NCBI GenBank assembly: GCA_028534125.1
Contig: CM052816.1
Span: forward strand, 22,632,001-22,696,000
Length of the DNA: 64,000 bases
Source: Lama glama
Lineage: Eukaryota
Direction of reading: 5' to 3'
Both the position numbers and the translations under genes were made by a program. Numbering within the stretch: the stretch's first letter is position 1; each line of letters starts with the position of its first letter. Of the stretch, positions 12,821 through 25,949 are shown piece by piece. Below the pieces are notes generated by a model. The model was not told the origin of the DNA. It did no database searches and saw only the letters and a program-made list of their open reading frames with translations.

Positions 12821-15584
12821 CTGGGATAAGGATGACCAAATAACCTGCTAATATTTATTTTTAGTTTAAAAAGAGTTATTCACTCAAGCAAAACCACTGA
12901 AGTATAGGCAAGATGTGGGGGATGTGCACTCAGTTTCACAAGGTACCGTCCAATTCCTCTCCAGTATGGTTGGAGACTGGTCAGGATGGCTGGCTCCACA
13001 CTTCCACTGGCGGTACATGGGGCTCCTACATCTATATAGACTCTCCATCACTTCACAGTTTTCAGAACTCCAGAATTTTAGTTCCAGAATTTTAGTTTTG
13101 TTACAGATACATTCTCAACACTCCCCCCTCTTCTGTCTTTTTGGGCTGCAGTACAGGAGAGGAACATTGAGATTCATATACTCACTGTTTTTATGGTAAG
13201 AGGAAGAAACCCTGTTCTTTGTCTAGGGAGAGATATTACTTTATCCCTTAAGGTTACTTGCTGTGAACATAATCCTGGAAAATGACTTCAGTAAAGAGTG
13301 GTCAGGGTCTTACATTCTGGTATCCCCACCAAAAACATGCAAGAACGCTCAGAGCCCATGGTCACTGCACCAGCAAGGACATTTGCCCACATTGGGTAAA
13401 TTCAGTAAACTACAGCAAGTATGAACTTGGTCTAGAAGCTCAGATGTGCAGGAAATGAAAATTATTCCTCTTTGCCATCAATTTAACTCCATTTTAATGC
13501 TCATCCTATTAGAATAATGGGAAATATAATCTTGGCCATGCTTGTGAGAAAAACACAAATGTAATTTTCAATAAATTGCTTTTTCTAAAGTGTCATTATT
13601 AGTATTATTATTCTGCTACTCCAAATGGTTTGATTTTATTTTAGGAGTTTTTATATTGACAAAAGTCTAACATATGCTGACACTCTTCCCTTCCTAATGT
13701 CTTGATACTGCCCTCTCTGTAATCCAGCTCATACTCACATACTGCTTAGAAAATGATTAAGACTGACCAAGATTCAAAGGGTCATCTGAAGAATAAAGTC
13801 TACAGTTTTTTTCTGCTAATTTTGTTAGCCAGAATTTAATCACGAAACTAAAGGGTAACTCTTAAAGAACTCTTCAATGTTATTCTCTGTACAGATGGCA
13901 AACAGTCTCTTCAAAAACTGTGGCTTCTGTGGAAGCTTTGTAGAGTAGTTACTGTTGTCAAATATAAAGCCAAGGAAAAGAACTGAATGTTAGGAGAGCA
14001 ATATTAATGATGTAGTTGCCTAAAAAATAGGAACATGTCTGCAATATTTACAAAGTATTACTTCCAAGGCTATGTCTAAAATAAATTGCTAAGAGCTGTT
14101 CCCAGGCTGTATTACTCAGCAGCATCCACTCCTACTTTTCATTCCTAATAGAAAGAATGGGCAGATATTATTAACCTTGTTTGTAAATGAGGTAACTAAA
14201 TCTCACAGTGACTCATTCAAGGATGTTTTCTTTCAAGGAAAGTTTGTTGTGTTCTTGTCCCTTATACTAGACAAAGTGTATGCGCTATAATACATCAAAA
14301 TTGGTGTGCCATTCTGAGGGACTGCAAAAAAAAAAAAGCACTAAAATTTGGTATTCATTTATTCAATAAAATGTCAGAAGTTGGAACAACTGTTAAATTT
14401 TATCCATTCATTCTAGGGCGATGAAAAGCCATGCATGCCACTTCTGGGATTCACACTCTGAAGAAAGCCTGAGAACAAGTTTTAATGGCTTCTAACAACC
14501 TTCAGATGAGGTAGATAATGCTGAAAAGCTTTAAAATAATCTAATTTCTTCTTCCAATGGAAATATCTTAATTTCCCACATTTTGAACCATAAATGTAAA
14601 TGGTTTTCAATCTTTTAGCTCTTAAATAAAATAGCTGTAGATACTCACAGAACTGCTGTAATGAGAAGCAGCTATTCTTTCCCCTAACAGATCATGCACT
14701 AATAGAAATCACTTCACTAGTACAGAAACTTTCAAACTTGAACTGTCAAGGTCAATTTTGAGTATACAAAGCAAAGCTGTTAAAACTTACTCCAAGTTTC
14801 TCCCCTAAAATTTTGTTTTTCAATCCTACATGTTGCTATACAGGAAAAGCCTAAAGAGGATGCAAATCTCATTTCATCCCTGTAACTGTTATACAAACGA
14901 TGGGTCTTGGTTTTCTCTTACATAACTATTAATTTTCCTTGGCTCAAATTCTCACCTGACACCAGGGAAACATCCTCTCCTATAAAGTCTGTTGTATCAC
15001 AGAAGCACACAATTAGCTTGTCAATAGGAACCTTTAATGATAATTGATTTTACTATATAGTCCTCATGATCATATCCTCCTGAGGATTCAAGAGAATTAA
15101 AACATCTCTTAGTCCTACCCTCCCTAGCATAATATGATCAATAAAGTTGGTGCCTTTCTTGGTCAGCCTCTCCCAAGGGCCATCAAGGAATCATTCTCAT
15201 AACTTCCCTTCCTCTGATATAATCTTAATCTGTATGGTTTTAATTGTACTGATTCTATGGTTCAACTACTCTACTAAAAGCAATGTGAGATCCTTGTCTT
15301 TGCCTCATCTGCAAGAGTTCTCTGGCTCTCTTAGACATTCTGGGTGTTAATATACAGCAATCAGGGAGGTCTCTATTGAATCTCCCAGTGCCAGCTCTTG
15401 CCACAGAAACTGCTTCCTTAGACTATACCCCTTCTACCTAGAAATTACTTTTAAACTTCTCTTTAGGATAAAAGCTCTCTATACCTAGGGCATATAAAAT
15501 TTCTGCCAAGGGTCATAAAGTCCTCCAACTGTAGCTCTCTCTTCTCTGAGGGCCACTTTGCCCTATGAAAGGGGAGTCCCTCAA

Positions 15585-16774
15585 AAATAAAATAACTGCA
15601 ATAAAAATTCAGTGGGTGAGCTCAACAACAGAATGGAGAGGACAGAGAAAAGAATCAGTGAACTGGGAGACAGAACAAGAGATAATGCACCTTGAAAAAC
15701 AGCAAGAAAATAGACTGAAAAAATAAACAGGGTCTTGTGCGACTATAATGAAAGACCTATATTCTTGTAATAAGAATCCCAAAAGTAGAGTGAAAGAGGG
15801 TGGGGCTAAAAAAGTGCTCAAAGAAATAACATCTGAAAAAAAACCCTAAATTTGCTATTAAAAAAAAAGACATAACCTACAGATTTAAGAAGCTAGGTGA
15901 ACCCACGTGGGGGTAAATCTAAAGAAATCCTCCCAGACATATCATAATCACATTTCTTAAAACTAATGCAAAGAAAAAATACTGAAAGCAACAAGAGAGA
16001 AATGACACCTGACCTACACAGAAAAACAATTCAAATGACAGTAGATTTCTCATTAGAAACTATGGAGGTCAGAAAAAAGTGGTACATTTTTTAAGTGATG
16101 AAAGAAAAGAGTCTATCAACCCAGAATACTATACTCAGCAACCTTGTACTTTAAGAATGAAGTAAAAATAAAAACATTATGAAATGACTTAAATTAAAAG
16201 AATCTGTCACCAGCACACATACTCTAAAGCCATGGGTAACTCTAAAGAAATTAAGAACAGAAATGAACAATAAAATTGAAAACAGAAAGATAGGGAAAAA
16301 ATCAATGAAACAAAAAGCTAGTACTTAAATTTTTAAAAAAAGACTGTTGACAAAGACAAAAAGAGAAAATAAGCAAATTACTAATATCAGAATGAAGCCA
16401 GGCCATATCACTACAAACTCTGCAGACCTCAAAAAGACAATAAGGGAATACTAAAAACAGCTCTCCACAAACACATCCAACAACTTAAATGAAATAGACC
16501 AATAACTTGAAAAACACTAATTACTACAACCCAGTCGATATGAAATAAATAATTAGAAAATCCCCATAGCTATTAAGGAAATTGAATTCACCACTTTTAA
16601 ACTTCCCAAAAAGAAGTTCCAGGTCTAGATGGTTTCACTGAAGAATTTTACTATATATTTAAAGAAGATTTAACACTAATTACAAATGATCTCTTCCAGA
16701 AAGCAGAAGAGGAGGAATACTTCCCAAAACATTTTATAAGGCCCACATTATCCTGATACCAACCTGAGAAACAG

Positions 16775-16816
<42 letters not shown>

Positions 16817-18912
16817 GCAAGCTAGAGACCACTATCTCCTACATATTTAAACACAAAATTATCTTAAGAAAATATTAGAAAATAGAACTCAAGATTATAT
16901 AAAAAGAATTGTACACCATGACAAAGTGGGGTTTATTCCAGGGATGCAAGGCCTGTTCAATATCCAAAAATTAGTCAATGTAATCCACCATATCAATAGG
17001 CTAAAAAAGAAAAATCACTTGATCATATCAACAGATGAGGAAAAATTTCTAACAAAATTCAACATTCATTCATGATTTTTAAAAAGCCCAGAAAAACAGA
17101 AATAGAGGAAAACTTCCTCAACTTAATGACAAGCATCTACAAAAAACCTATAGCTAATATTACACGTAATGGTAAAAGATGGAATGTTTTCCTCTATGAC
17201 TGTGAACAAGGCAAAGATGTCTGATTTCTGCACTTTTATTCAATATAGAGCTGGAAGATCACAACATGTTTATGAATTTAAAAACTCAATATAGAAAAGA
17301 TAAAAATTCTCTTCAAACTGATATACAGATTTAGCTCAATTCTTATAAAAATGCAAGAAAGATTTTTTCAAAGAAAGATATGGACAAGACAATTCTGAAC
17401 TGTATATAAAATGCAAAGGAACTAGAATAGCCAAGACAATTTTGGAAAAGAAGAATAAAGTGGGATAAATAAGTACATCAAATTTCAAGACTTAGTCATC
17501 AAAACTGCATTGGAGGAGGGGTAACACATAAATCAATGGAGCAGAACAGAGAACCAGGAAATAGATAATACATAAATATGTTCAACTGATTTTTGACAAA
17601 AGGGCAGGAGCAAATCAATGAAGGAAACAAGTGGGGCCTGAACAACTGGACAACCATGTGCAAAAAAACAATCCCAGACCCAAGTCTCATAACTCATAAA
17701 AAACTGAACTCAAAATGAACTTAAACATAAAACCATAAAACTTTCAGAAAAAAACTTAGAAGAAAAATTTGGATCTGGGGCTAGGCAAAGAATTCTTTGA
17801 TTCTTCATACCAAAAGCATGATCCATAAGAAGGGTAACTGATCAGTTGGAGTTTATCAAAATTAACTTTTTTTCTGTGGAAGATCCTGTTCAAAGAATAA
17901 AAAGATAAGCTACAGACAGGGAAAAAATGTTTGCTAACAACATATCCAAAAAAGGACAAGTGTCAGGAATTTCAGTAGAACTCTCAAAACTCAACAGTAT
18001 ACAAATACCCAGTTAGAACATGAATGAAAGTTATGAAGAGACATACAAAGATCACAAATAAACACATAAAAAATGTTCAACATCATTATAGGAAAATTCA
18101 AAATAGGGCCACAAAGAGACATCAGTACACACCTATAGTAATGACTAAAACAAAAAATAGTGACATCAAATGCTAACATCAAATGCTAACAAGGATACAG
18201 AGAAACTAGATAACTCAGACATTACTGATGGGAATGTAATATGGTACAAACACTCCGAAAAATCGTTTGGCAGTTTCTGAAAGAATAAATATGTAGCTAC
18301 CATATTACCTAGAAATTACACTCCTGGATATTTATCCAGAATAATGAAAACATGTTCACACAAAAACCTGTATGAGAATGTTTATAACCTTCAGTATTGA
18401 TAACCAAAAACTGGAAACCACCCAAATGTCCTCCAGCAAGTGAATGATTAAACAAACTGTAGTACATGTATATCATGAAATACTACTCAGCAGTAAAAAG
18501 GAGTAGAGTATGAGTATATGCAACATGAACACTGATACGTGATACACAGACTACAAATACATGCAACAATCTTGATGAATATCCAGAGAAATTATGCTGG
18601 TGAAAAAAACCTCTACAGGTTACACACTGTATGATTCTATTTATATAACATTTTTGAAATTACACATATAGAAATGGAGATTACACCCTCATGGAGAAAT
18701 GGAGACTGGTGGTTATTAGGAGTTTAGAAGGGGGGTGGGGGCAAAAGCAAACCAGGTGTTGCTATAAAAAAACAACATGAGGAATCCCTGTAGTGATGGA
18801 AATGTTCTGTATTTTGACTATGTCAATGTTAACATCCTAGTTATGATATTATAATTTACTTTTGCAAGATGTTATCATTGGGAGAAAGCAGGTAAATGGT
18901 ACACAGGATACA
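15585..18912 (+). mobile_element. L1MC-like element, internally deleted (ORF1, ORF2 parts, 3'UTR)
   Basis: ORF1 start aataactgcaataaaaattcagtgggtgagctcaacaacagaatgg and RT region gtggggtttattccagggatgcaagg. L1MC-type 3'UTR gatgttatcattgggagaaagcaggtaaatggtacacagg. Confidence 0.9.
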
Positions 18913-19064
18913 GTGTTTCTTTGTTTTTTATATAATAAATTTCTCAATTTTCTTTGTTTCTTGTTTTCACTTCTATATTTTATTACCCTTCAAAAATTAC
19001 AAATTAAATGACAACTATAGCTACAGATATCCCATAACATATAAAAGTCAATGTTTTCCTTATT

Positions 19065-19150
19065 TACTAGCAATAACCAAATAACATGTTCATAGCTTCT
19101 GGGGAGTAAGATGTAGATATCTTTGGGATACCATTATTCTGCCCACCACA
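19065..19150 (-). mobile_element. MLT1 (MaLR) LTR terminal fragment
   Basis: Antisense MaLR terminus: ttctggggagtaagatgtagatatctttgggataccattattctgcccaccaca. Confidence 0.6.
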
Positions 19151-19975
19151 GAACAAAATCTATAAAATACCAAGAAATATATTTGACAAAATACATGCAA
19201 TACTTTTAAGGAGCAAAATGTTTTTAAAGATCATAAAAGATGACCTGACTGAATGAAATAGCTATAGCACATTCGAATACAAGCAGCTCAGGATTTTAAA
19301 GATGTGAAATTTCTCCAAAAACAATCTAACTTTTAAATTGTTTTATACAAAATTTGGCAAGCTTTCCCTAAATCCACTGGAGTATAAACAGTAAGGAGTA
19401 CCCAGGATAATTTTGAAGTAAAAAAAAGGTCATGGAATTTGTCTTAGCATACATAAAGACTCATTTGAAACTATAGGTAATTATGATACTATGGGCTGGG
19501 TACCGTGATAGCCAATTGAGAAGAGAGAATACACAAAAAGAACTGCTCTCTATGAAAACTTGAAATAAAACACAGGTAGTGTCTCAGTAAATCAATGGGA
19601 AAGGAAAGACTACTCAATAATATCTATTTATTAAACGTTTAGAAATTTTAAGTAGATCTCTACTACACATGCACAGAAGTAAAATTCAGAAGCTTAAAGG
19701 ACAAAATGTTTTTTGAAAATGTATCTAGCTGAATATAATTCTATTTGTATGAAGTCAAAGAACAGACAGAATCTATGGTGATAGAAATTAGAAATTAGTC
19801 AGGAATTCAGAGGAACTGATGGGAATGTAGCATAAAACAACCGTCTGGAGTTATGGAAATGTTTTTATCTTGCTTTGAGTGATTATTACACAGGTGTATA
19901 CAATTCTCAGAAATCACTGAATTGTACACTTGAGATCTGTGCAATTTATTTTTATGTAAATTATAATAATCAAAA
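19151..19975 (+). mobile_element. Ancient L1ME-like ORF2 and 3'UTR fragments
   Basis: aatcaatgggaaaggaaagactactcaataa and 3' end cactgaattgtacacttgagatctgtgcaatttattttatgtaaattat. Confidence 0.75.
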
Positions 19976-20829
19976 CTCATTAGATGAAAATACAAAAAGC
20001 AAATAGTACATGTTGAGAATTTCCACATCATTAACATAAAACGGGTGCATGTTTGTGTGAGTGTGAAATTTCTGGAAGAATATATATAATTCTTCTTTAT
20101 TCCAGTTGTCATTGATTTAAAAAAAAAGCACAGGGCTCAATATTGGAGGAAAAATTGCTTCTTACTTCATCCCTTGTGTTCTGCTTAAATGTTTTCCAGT
20201 ATGTAAGACAAAGATGCTATCAACCTGAAGCTGTATTTCATAGGAACATATGGCAGCTCTGCTACTGAAGAATAAAGCTGAATTTTTGAAAGAAGTTTCT
20301 TTTAGATTTATTACAACTTTGAGTAGCAAAAAGTGATTTAGAGACACTCATTAGTGAAACCAAGGAGTGTGCGAAACCATATTAAACAAATACATGCTGT
20401 CTACCAAAAAGCTGGTAAAAGATGAAATGGAAAATGCAAACTCAGCATTCAGTGAAGTTAATGACTATACATTAGATTTATAGTCTCATGAAAGATGGGA
20501 GAAAAGAGCTGTCACTCAAATAAAAAAACAAACTCATGAATATTACTCCTTTCTATTACATTTCACTAAGCTACTCAAGCCTAGAAAAGGAAATTATTTC
20601 CTGAAATTCATAATTCTATGGCCACTGAAAACAAATTCAGTTCATTAGTCAGTCAAATGGCCTTAGAAAGTGTGACAGTGTGACAACTCTCCAAATTTTA
20701 GATACTATTTATTATTCAGAATTATGTGTCTCAACCAAATTGGAAATATATGAGAAAGAAAACATAAGATTCCATCAAGTTCAAAGGTCTTTTAGATATA
20801 AACAGTAAGATATTTATATTTCTTATCAG

Positions 20830-21011
20830 TCAAGAGAGTGCAAAATCCAATCCGACAATACAGCTATCTGGGTGGAAGTTGAATACTACCTTAATCTGAT
20901 CCAAAATTGTACACCAAGTAATTTGAATTCAGTGCACAAATGGAGTGACATCAATGTGAGAGTCAATGATTTTGCCACTTTGGCAGTCAGGGTTGCCAAC
21001 AATAACTTCAG
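20830..21011 (+). CDS. Candidate exon (182 nt), SRECKIQSDNTAIWVEVEYYLNLIQNCTPSNLNSVHKWSDINVRVNDFATLAVRVANNNF
   Basis: Acceptor tatttatatttcttatcag ends at 20829 and donor CAG|gtaatt starts at 21012. Frame 0 is open throughout, with stops just outside (TAA at 20806 and TAA within the donor). No homology recognised. Confidence 0.22.
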
Positions 21012-21629
21012 GTAATTCTGCACTGAAATCTGATTGTCATGTAAACTCAGATTAGAAGGTACCTCCAATTGCCTGAGGTAAAACCATTGTTCCCTTACTG
21101 GGTAAGCATCTCATGACACTAAGAATATTAGAATTAAGAATAGAAATGTTTAAGATAACACTATTGGGATTATCCATGGTCTCTTATGTTTCTGCACAGC
21201 TTTCTACCAGAAGTTGGTTCTGCTCAACCTTTTGAAAAATGTTTATAAAACTAACAGCCTTGCTCGTGAAACTGACAGAGAGTGAGCCACCTTCAAAGCA
21301 AAAGGTAGGCAGGCTCGCTGGCCATCATAAAAGCCGTGGGTTCTATAAGCTCAGGATTCCTGTCTGCAACACCGCCCAAGTGCACGTGGAGGTGTTACCT
21401 GCCACCCTTTACATCATACTAGGAACTGGGGCTCAGAGAATGAATGGTAAAATCAGAGGATTTGGGGTCCCGGTGAAAAGATATTCAAATGTCTACTAAA
21501 AAAGCATGCTTAATGACTGCTAATGATAATAATTATGGATTTTCATCCCAAGCAACTCACATACCTTGACAACCTTTAATAATTATGTATAAGAGCAACA
21601 CAATAAGCTGTATTCCTAGGAAAGAATTA

Positions 21630-21677
21630 ACACACACACACACACACACACATATAAACACCCACCCACCCACCCCT
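21630..21677. repeat. (CA)n followed by (CACC)n microsatellite
   Basis: Read directly. Confidence 0.9.
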
Positions 21678-21736
21678 CAAAAGGCATTACTGAGAATTTA
21701 CTTCTCTGATTGTCTTATCAAGAGTGATTCCTAGAA

Positions 21737-22032
21737 TCTAAAGACTCATGGACAGAGAATACAGACTTGTGGTTACCAGGGGGGTAGAGGGTGGGAAGGG
21801 ATAGACTGGGATTTCAAAATTGTAGAATAGATAAACAAGATTACACTGTATAGCACAGGGAAATATACACAAAATGTTATGATAAATCACAGAGAAAAAA
21901 TGTGACAATGAGTGTGTATATGTCCATGAATGNNNNNNNNNNNNNNNNNNNNNNNNNNNNNNNNNNNNNNNNNNNNNNNNNNNNNNNNNNNNNNNNNNNN
22001 NNNNNNNNNNNNNNNNNNNNNNNNNNNNNNNN
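21737..22032 (+). mobile_element. Short young camelid-type L1 3'UTR insertion; its 3' part lies in a 100-N gap
   Basis: gactcatggacagagaatacagacttgtggttaccagggggg... matches the L1 3'UTR at 5363-5700. Perfect 14-bp TSD AGTGATTCCTAGAA at 21723-21736 and 22033-22046. Confidence 0.93.
21933..22032. other. Assembly gap (100 N)
   Basis: Run of n. Confidence 1.
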
Positions 22033-22643
22033 AGTGATTCCTAGAAATCCTAATTCTGAAATATCAGTAAAGAAATTATCAGCAAAGAAATTTCAGCAGT
22101 CACAAGAATGATTGATTAGGGAGGTAATCAAGAAAAATGCCAACTTTATTTGTACCTGCATGAACAAATGTAATCTTAGGAAAAAATAGTTGAATTTTTT
22201 CTTAAGTGGTAAAGTGTCTAATCTTTTCTGCAATTATGCAACAATTAAGGCCTTGTACCCTGTGAAACAAATTTGTTAGAAATTGGGTGAAATTACAAGA
22301 ATTGCTGGATGAAGCTCAGTACTATACATAGAGCTACTTGATCCTCCTGATTTGTAAGAATGATGGAGGTTGTACAAGGTTGTATAAGGAGCCAGAAGGG
22401 CATGTCTAAGTTCTAACCTGGTGGGCTGGCCTCTATAGTTACCATGATTATCTAAAGCGCAGTAGGGTGGATGTCTGTTATCACTTACTTCTCACTTACC
22501 TGTAATCTTCCCTGCATATCTTACCTCTACTGATTTTCAGAAACTACTGGAACATCCACTGAAGCTGGGCTTCTGCTTCTCTCCTTAAGCACTCCCTTTG
22601 GCCCAGACCTTCAGAAGTATATTTTCTACTGTCTAAGAATACA

Positions 22644-23281
22644 TGTTGCCAGTGGATCCAACCAGGTTCCAGGTTCTTGTCCCATCCCAGAAAGAATTCA
22701 TAGATAAGACTTAGAAGTTAAAAAAAGTAAAGTGAGGATTTATTAAAGGATGGATAGTACACTCTCAAGGGGAGAGTGGGCAGGCTCAGGTGAGCGGCTG
22801 CCCTGAGTTTCTTTGGCAAGTTAGCTACATAGGGTGTAAAAATGAATGGGTGGAATATTCACTGAGGAAGGAAGGGCTTGGGGTCATATTTCCTGATTAT
22901 GGTCCCAACTTCACCTGCCCAAAGGGAGGAGGGATTTTTGTTCTTATTTAGTCTGGATCAGAAGTGTCATGGCGTCAGTGCATGACGGGTACTTCTGACC
23001 TACAAGGCCAATTTTATTGAAATGAAGGCATAATGAGCAAAAGGTTACATTCGGACACTGGAAATTCCTGCCTTTTCTGACCTTTCTTTGTTGGTCTCCA
23101 GGCCAAAAGGTGTGGCTCCTAAGCCCAAAGAGTCCTGCTTTTCTTTCTCTGCCCATGGATCCCCTGGTGCTTATGTATGTTTCCTGCATTTGGCTTGTGC
23201 CCCTCCTTTCTGCCCAATTCCTGCCATTTGGTCTGTGTCCCCCTTTCTCTGCTCATATCTAGCTATCTGCCTGCTCTAACA
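22644..23281 (-). mobile_element. ERV1-type solo LTR (about 640 bp)
   Basis: Inverted termini TGTT...AACA. TTTATT near 22740 (poly-A signal on -) is followed on the - strand by a U5-like tcttatctatgaattctttctgggatgggacaagaacc. More GC-rich than its flanks; TSD not clean. Confidence 0.8.
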
Positions 23282-24384
23282 CATATATATTATCAATTAA
23301 TAATTCGCGAGATATGCATAGCACCTGCACGTGCTATGTGCCTGCCATGTGCTAAAAACATTGAAACAAAAAAGTCTGTCTCTGGGGTATATTCACTTTC
23401 TCAGGAGAGATGGCACAATATTTGTGGCTGACAGACTAAAGGCCACGAAAACCTTTACCTGCATCCTTTCACAGCTAGGTAATTCATACCACCAGCCTCT
23501 TCTCTAACATGCTTCATTTGCTAACCTCTTATTGTTAAGATTTCACTTTTTAGAATTCAGAAAAATATTTCACTAGAAATTCTTCCTTCAATGAGATAAT
23601 TCTTGTAGCCAAAAGGCAAAATAAGCCTCACTAAACTACCACGTCATAAACTTTTAAGGGCAATTCACTTACCCCAAGTATTCATAACTACACACTTTAA
23701 GAAACACCAGTAATATACGCTCTTCTTCCCCTTTCTATATATAATCTGGTGTTCTTGACTTCTTACTGTCATGCATACCTTTCACAATTGGACAGAGCTT
23801 TCCACCTCTAAAGTGCCTGATAAGTTCAAAAAATATCCTTTCTTTGCCTCAACGTTTATTATCTCAACATTTAGGGAAATTTCTCACCTCCAATCTCAAG
23901 TCTTTCTCCAGGTTCAATGCCAATGGTGGTATTCCACACAATCTAGAACTGTCAATAAATCAGTGTCTAGCTGTCCTTTCATGCCTGTCATGGTGGCCTC
24001 AGTTATTAAATCCATCCCTGCTGGCTCTTGGCTTTTACTTATAATAAGCTAACTTCTCTTCCATTGTCATTCCATGAGAACTGCTTCTAAAAAAAGGGTA
24101 ATAAATTGATTTCATAAATTCATTATTTTACATGAATAGTCTAAAGATCCTCCAGACAGCACTGCTCCTCCCCAAGGTCCAACAGTAACAAAAAACATTT
24201 GTTCTGCTCAACCAGTAACATCCAGTGTGCTCTCCCCTTCTGGACTTCAGAGCATCAGCAAATCTGAAATGCATTTGTAAACTTCGGCTGTCATCTGCTA
24301 CCTGGAAGGACAGCAATCACAGCACAGCTTGGCTTGCCACAAGTTTGGGAAATGGGCCGTTTAACAAAGTTTTCATCTAGCAGA

Positions 24385-24500
24385 GGATTTAATTTGACTC
24401 CCTAATTTTACGAGTGAGAAAACAGAGCCCTACATATTTTTGTTAAAGTCACACAGCTAGTTAAAGACAAAGCAAGTAGTATAACTCCAGTCTCCCGATT
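24385..24500 (-). mobile_element. MIR fragment
   Basis: cctaattttacgagtgagaaaacagagccc...aaagtcacacagctagtt. Confidence 0.6.
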
Positions 24501-24979
24501 ATGACAATCTTTTCCAAATGTGCCAAATCATTTTAAAGTTACTTTTCTTCACAAATCTTTTAATTTTATTTTTATGATGTTTATATCTTCCAAAGGTGCT
24601 GGCTCCTTTGTAATACAGAAAAGAGAGTTACTCACCAGCTCTCTCTTTTTCACCATTTATTGAGACTGCCTCTTTCTGATTAGGGAGCTAATGTAAACAG
24701 GACAGAACACTTCCCTCAAGGATACTCTCTCAGTCTAAGCGAAAGACAGACGGGAAGCAATTAATCACCTCTGCAGGATGATAATGAAGTAAGAGAAGTA
24801 TGAATGAAAGCTGGATAATAAAAGCAGAAGAAAGAATTACTAACTCTGTTTGCATGGAAAAGGAAGGAGATGCAGTCTCATTTTTTAAATGATGTTTATG
24901 CTAAGTCCTTTAGGATGCACAGAAATTTGCTGAGTGGTCATGGAGAAGAGGAATATTCCAAGCATAGAAATAACTAATC

Positions 24980-25493
24980 CACAAGCAGGACTCTATATTG
25001 AATATGCTTCTTTTATTTTAACCTTTGTATCCTACTGCTTTTACTACAAGTCAGTCACTAAAGGGATGGATGTCTCCTATACCTATACATTCAAGTGTAC
25101 ATAATGGCCCATCACTGGGAACCCTGTCTCTCATGGCTGAGCTTTAAACTAAAATACCTTTGTTTATCTCACAGGAAACATCCTCTCCAGGCCCACCTGT
25201 GAATGGCTGCAGGAAAGAAGAAATTAACACATCCTCTCTGGAGTCTGGCAGGAATCAGGAAATATTTGCAATGATTTATCGCCTTTTTGACTTTACCTCC
25301 CCACCTCCACTCTTTGTTCTATAAAAGAATTAGCATTCAAACCCAGGCAAGAAGTTTCTCTGGGACACTAGTTCACCGTCTTCTCCGTCTGCTGGCTTAA
25401 CAAATAAAGTCACTAATCCTTGCCCCAACAACCTGACTCTCGATTTACTGGTCTGTCATATGGTGAGCAGTAATGAGCTTGGACTCAGTAACA
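24980..25493 (+). mobile_element. ERV1-type (MER34/MER39-like) solo LTR
   Basis: TATAAAA at 25320, AATAAA at 25403 and 3' end gagcttggactcagtaaca, typical of the MER34/39 group. 5' boundary approximate. Confidence 0.8.
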
Positions 25494-25949
25494 GGGAGAT
25501 GTGAAAAAAGCAGAGTGTGTTCACCTAAATAGAAGTAGTTGGATATTTTGAAAGCATAGTGTACAAAGAACTATACACGTAAATATATTCAATAGCTAAC
25601 AAAAATATCGCTGGAAAGAAATAAAAGTGAGCAAGTATAGGCTATACAGTATAAAGCTGCGTAGATGCTACTAAAAATGTTCATTGTATTTGTGTCTTGC
25701 ATTCATATTCTCTCTCTCTGTGTCTCTGTCTTTCTTTTTCTCCCCTAAATATATTAAATGTTATATTCTCAGTATTGCACCATCTATCACAAATACAAAT
25801 AAACTAGCAGAAGTTAGCAGGGGCTGCACAGAAGAATGAGAAAAAATTAATGCTTCTGTCTAGGAATGCAATGAAATATGAGTCACTTCTAAGTGTGGAC
25901 ATGATTTCTCCCTTTAAAGTTCTGTATCAAAAAATTATCAGGGAAGATG

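Noticed and set aside
20244..20336. Possible + exon EHMAALLLKNKAEFLKEVSFRFITTLSSKK*
   Set aside because: Modest acceptor, no good donor and no recognisable homology; a frame of this length is expected by chance.
24128..24316. Minus-strand acceptor tgtccttccag followed by VADDSRSLQMHFRFADALKSRRGEH
   Set aside because: No convincing donor and no homology recognised.
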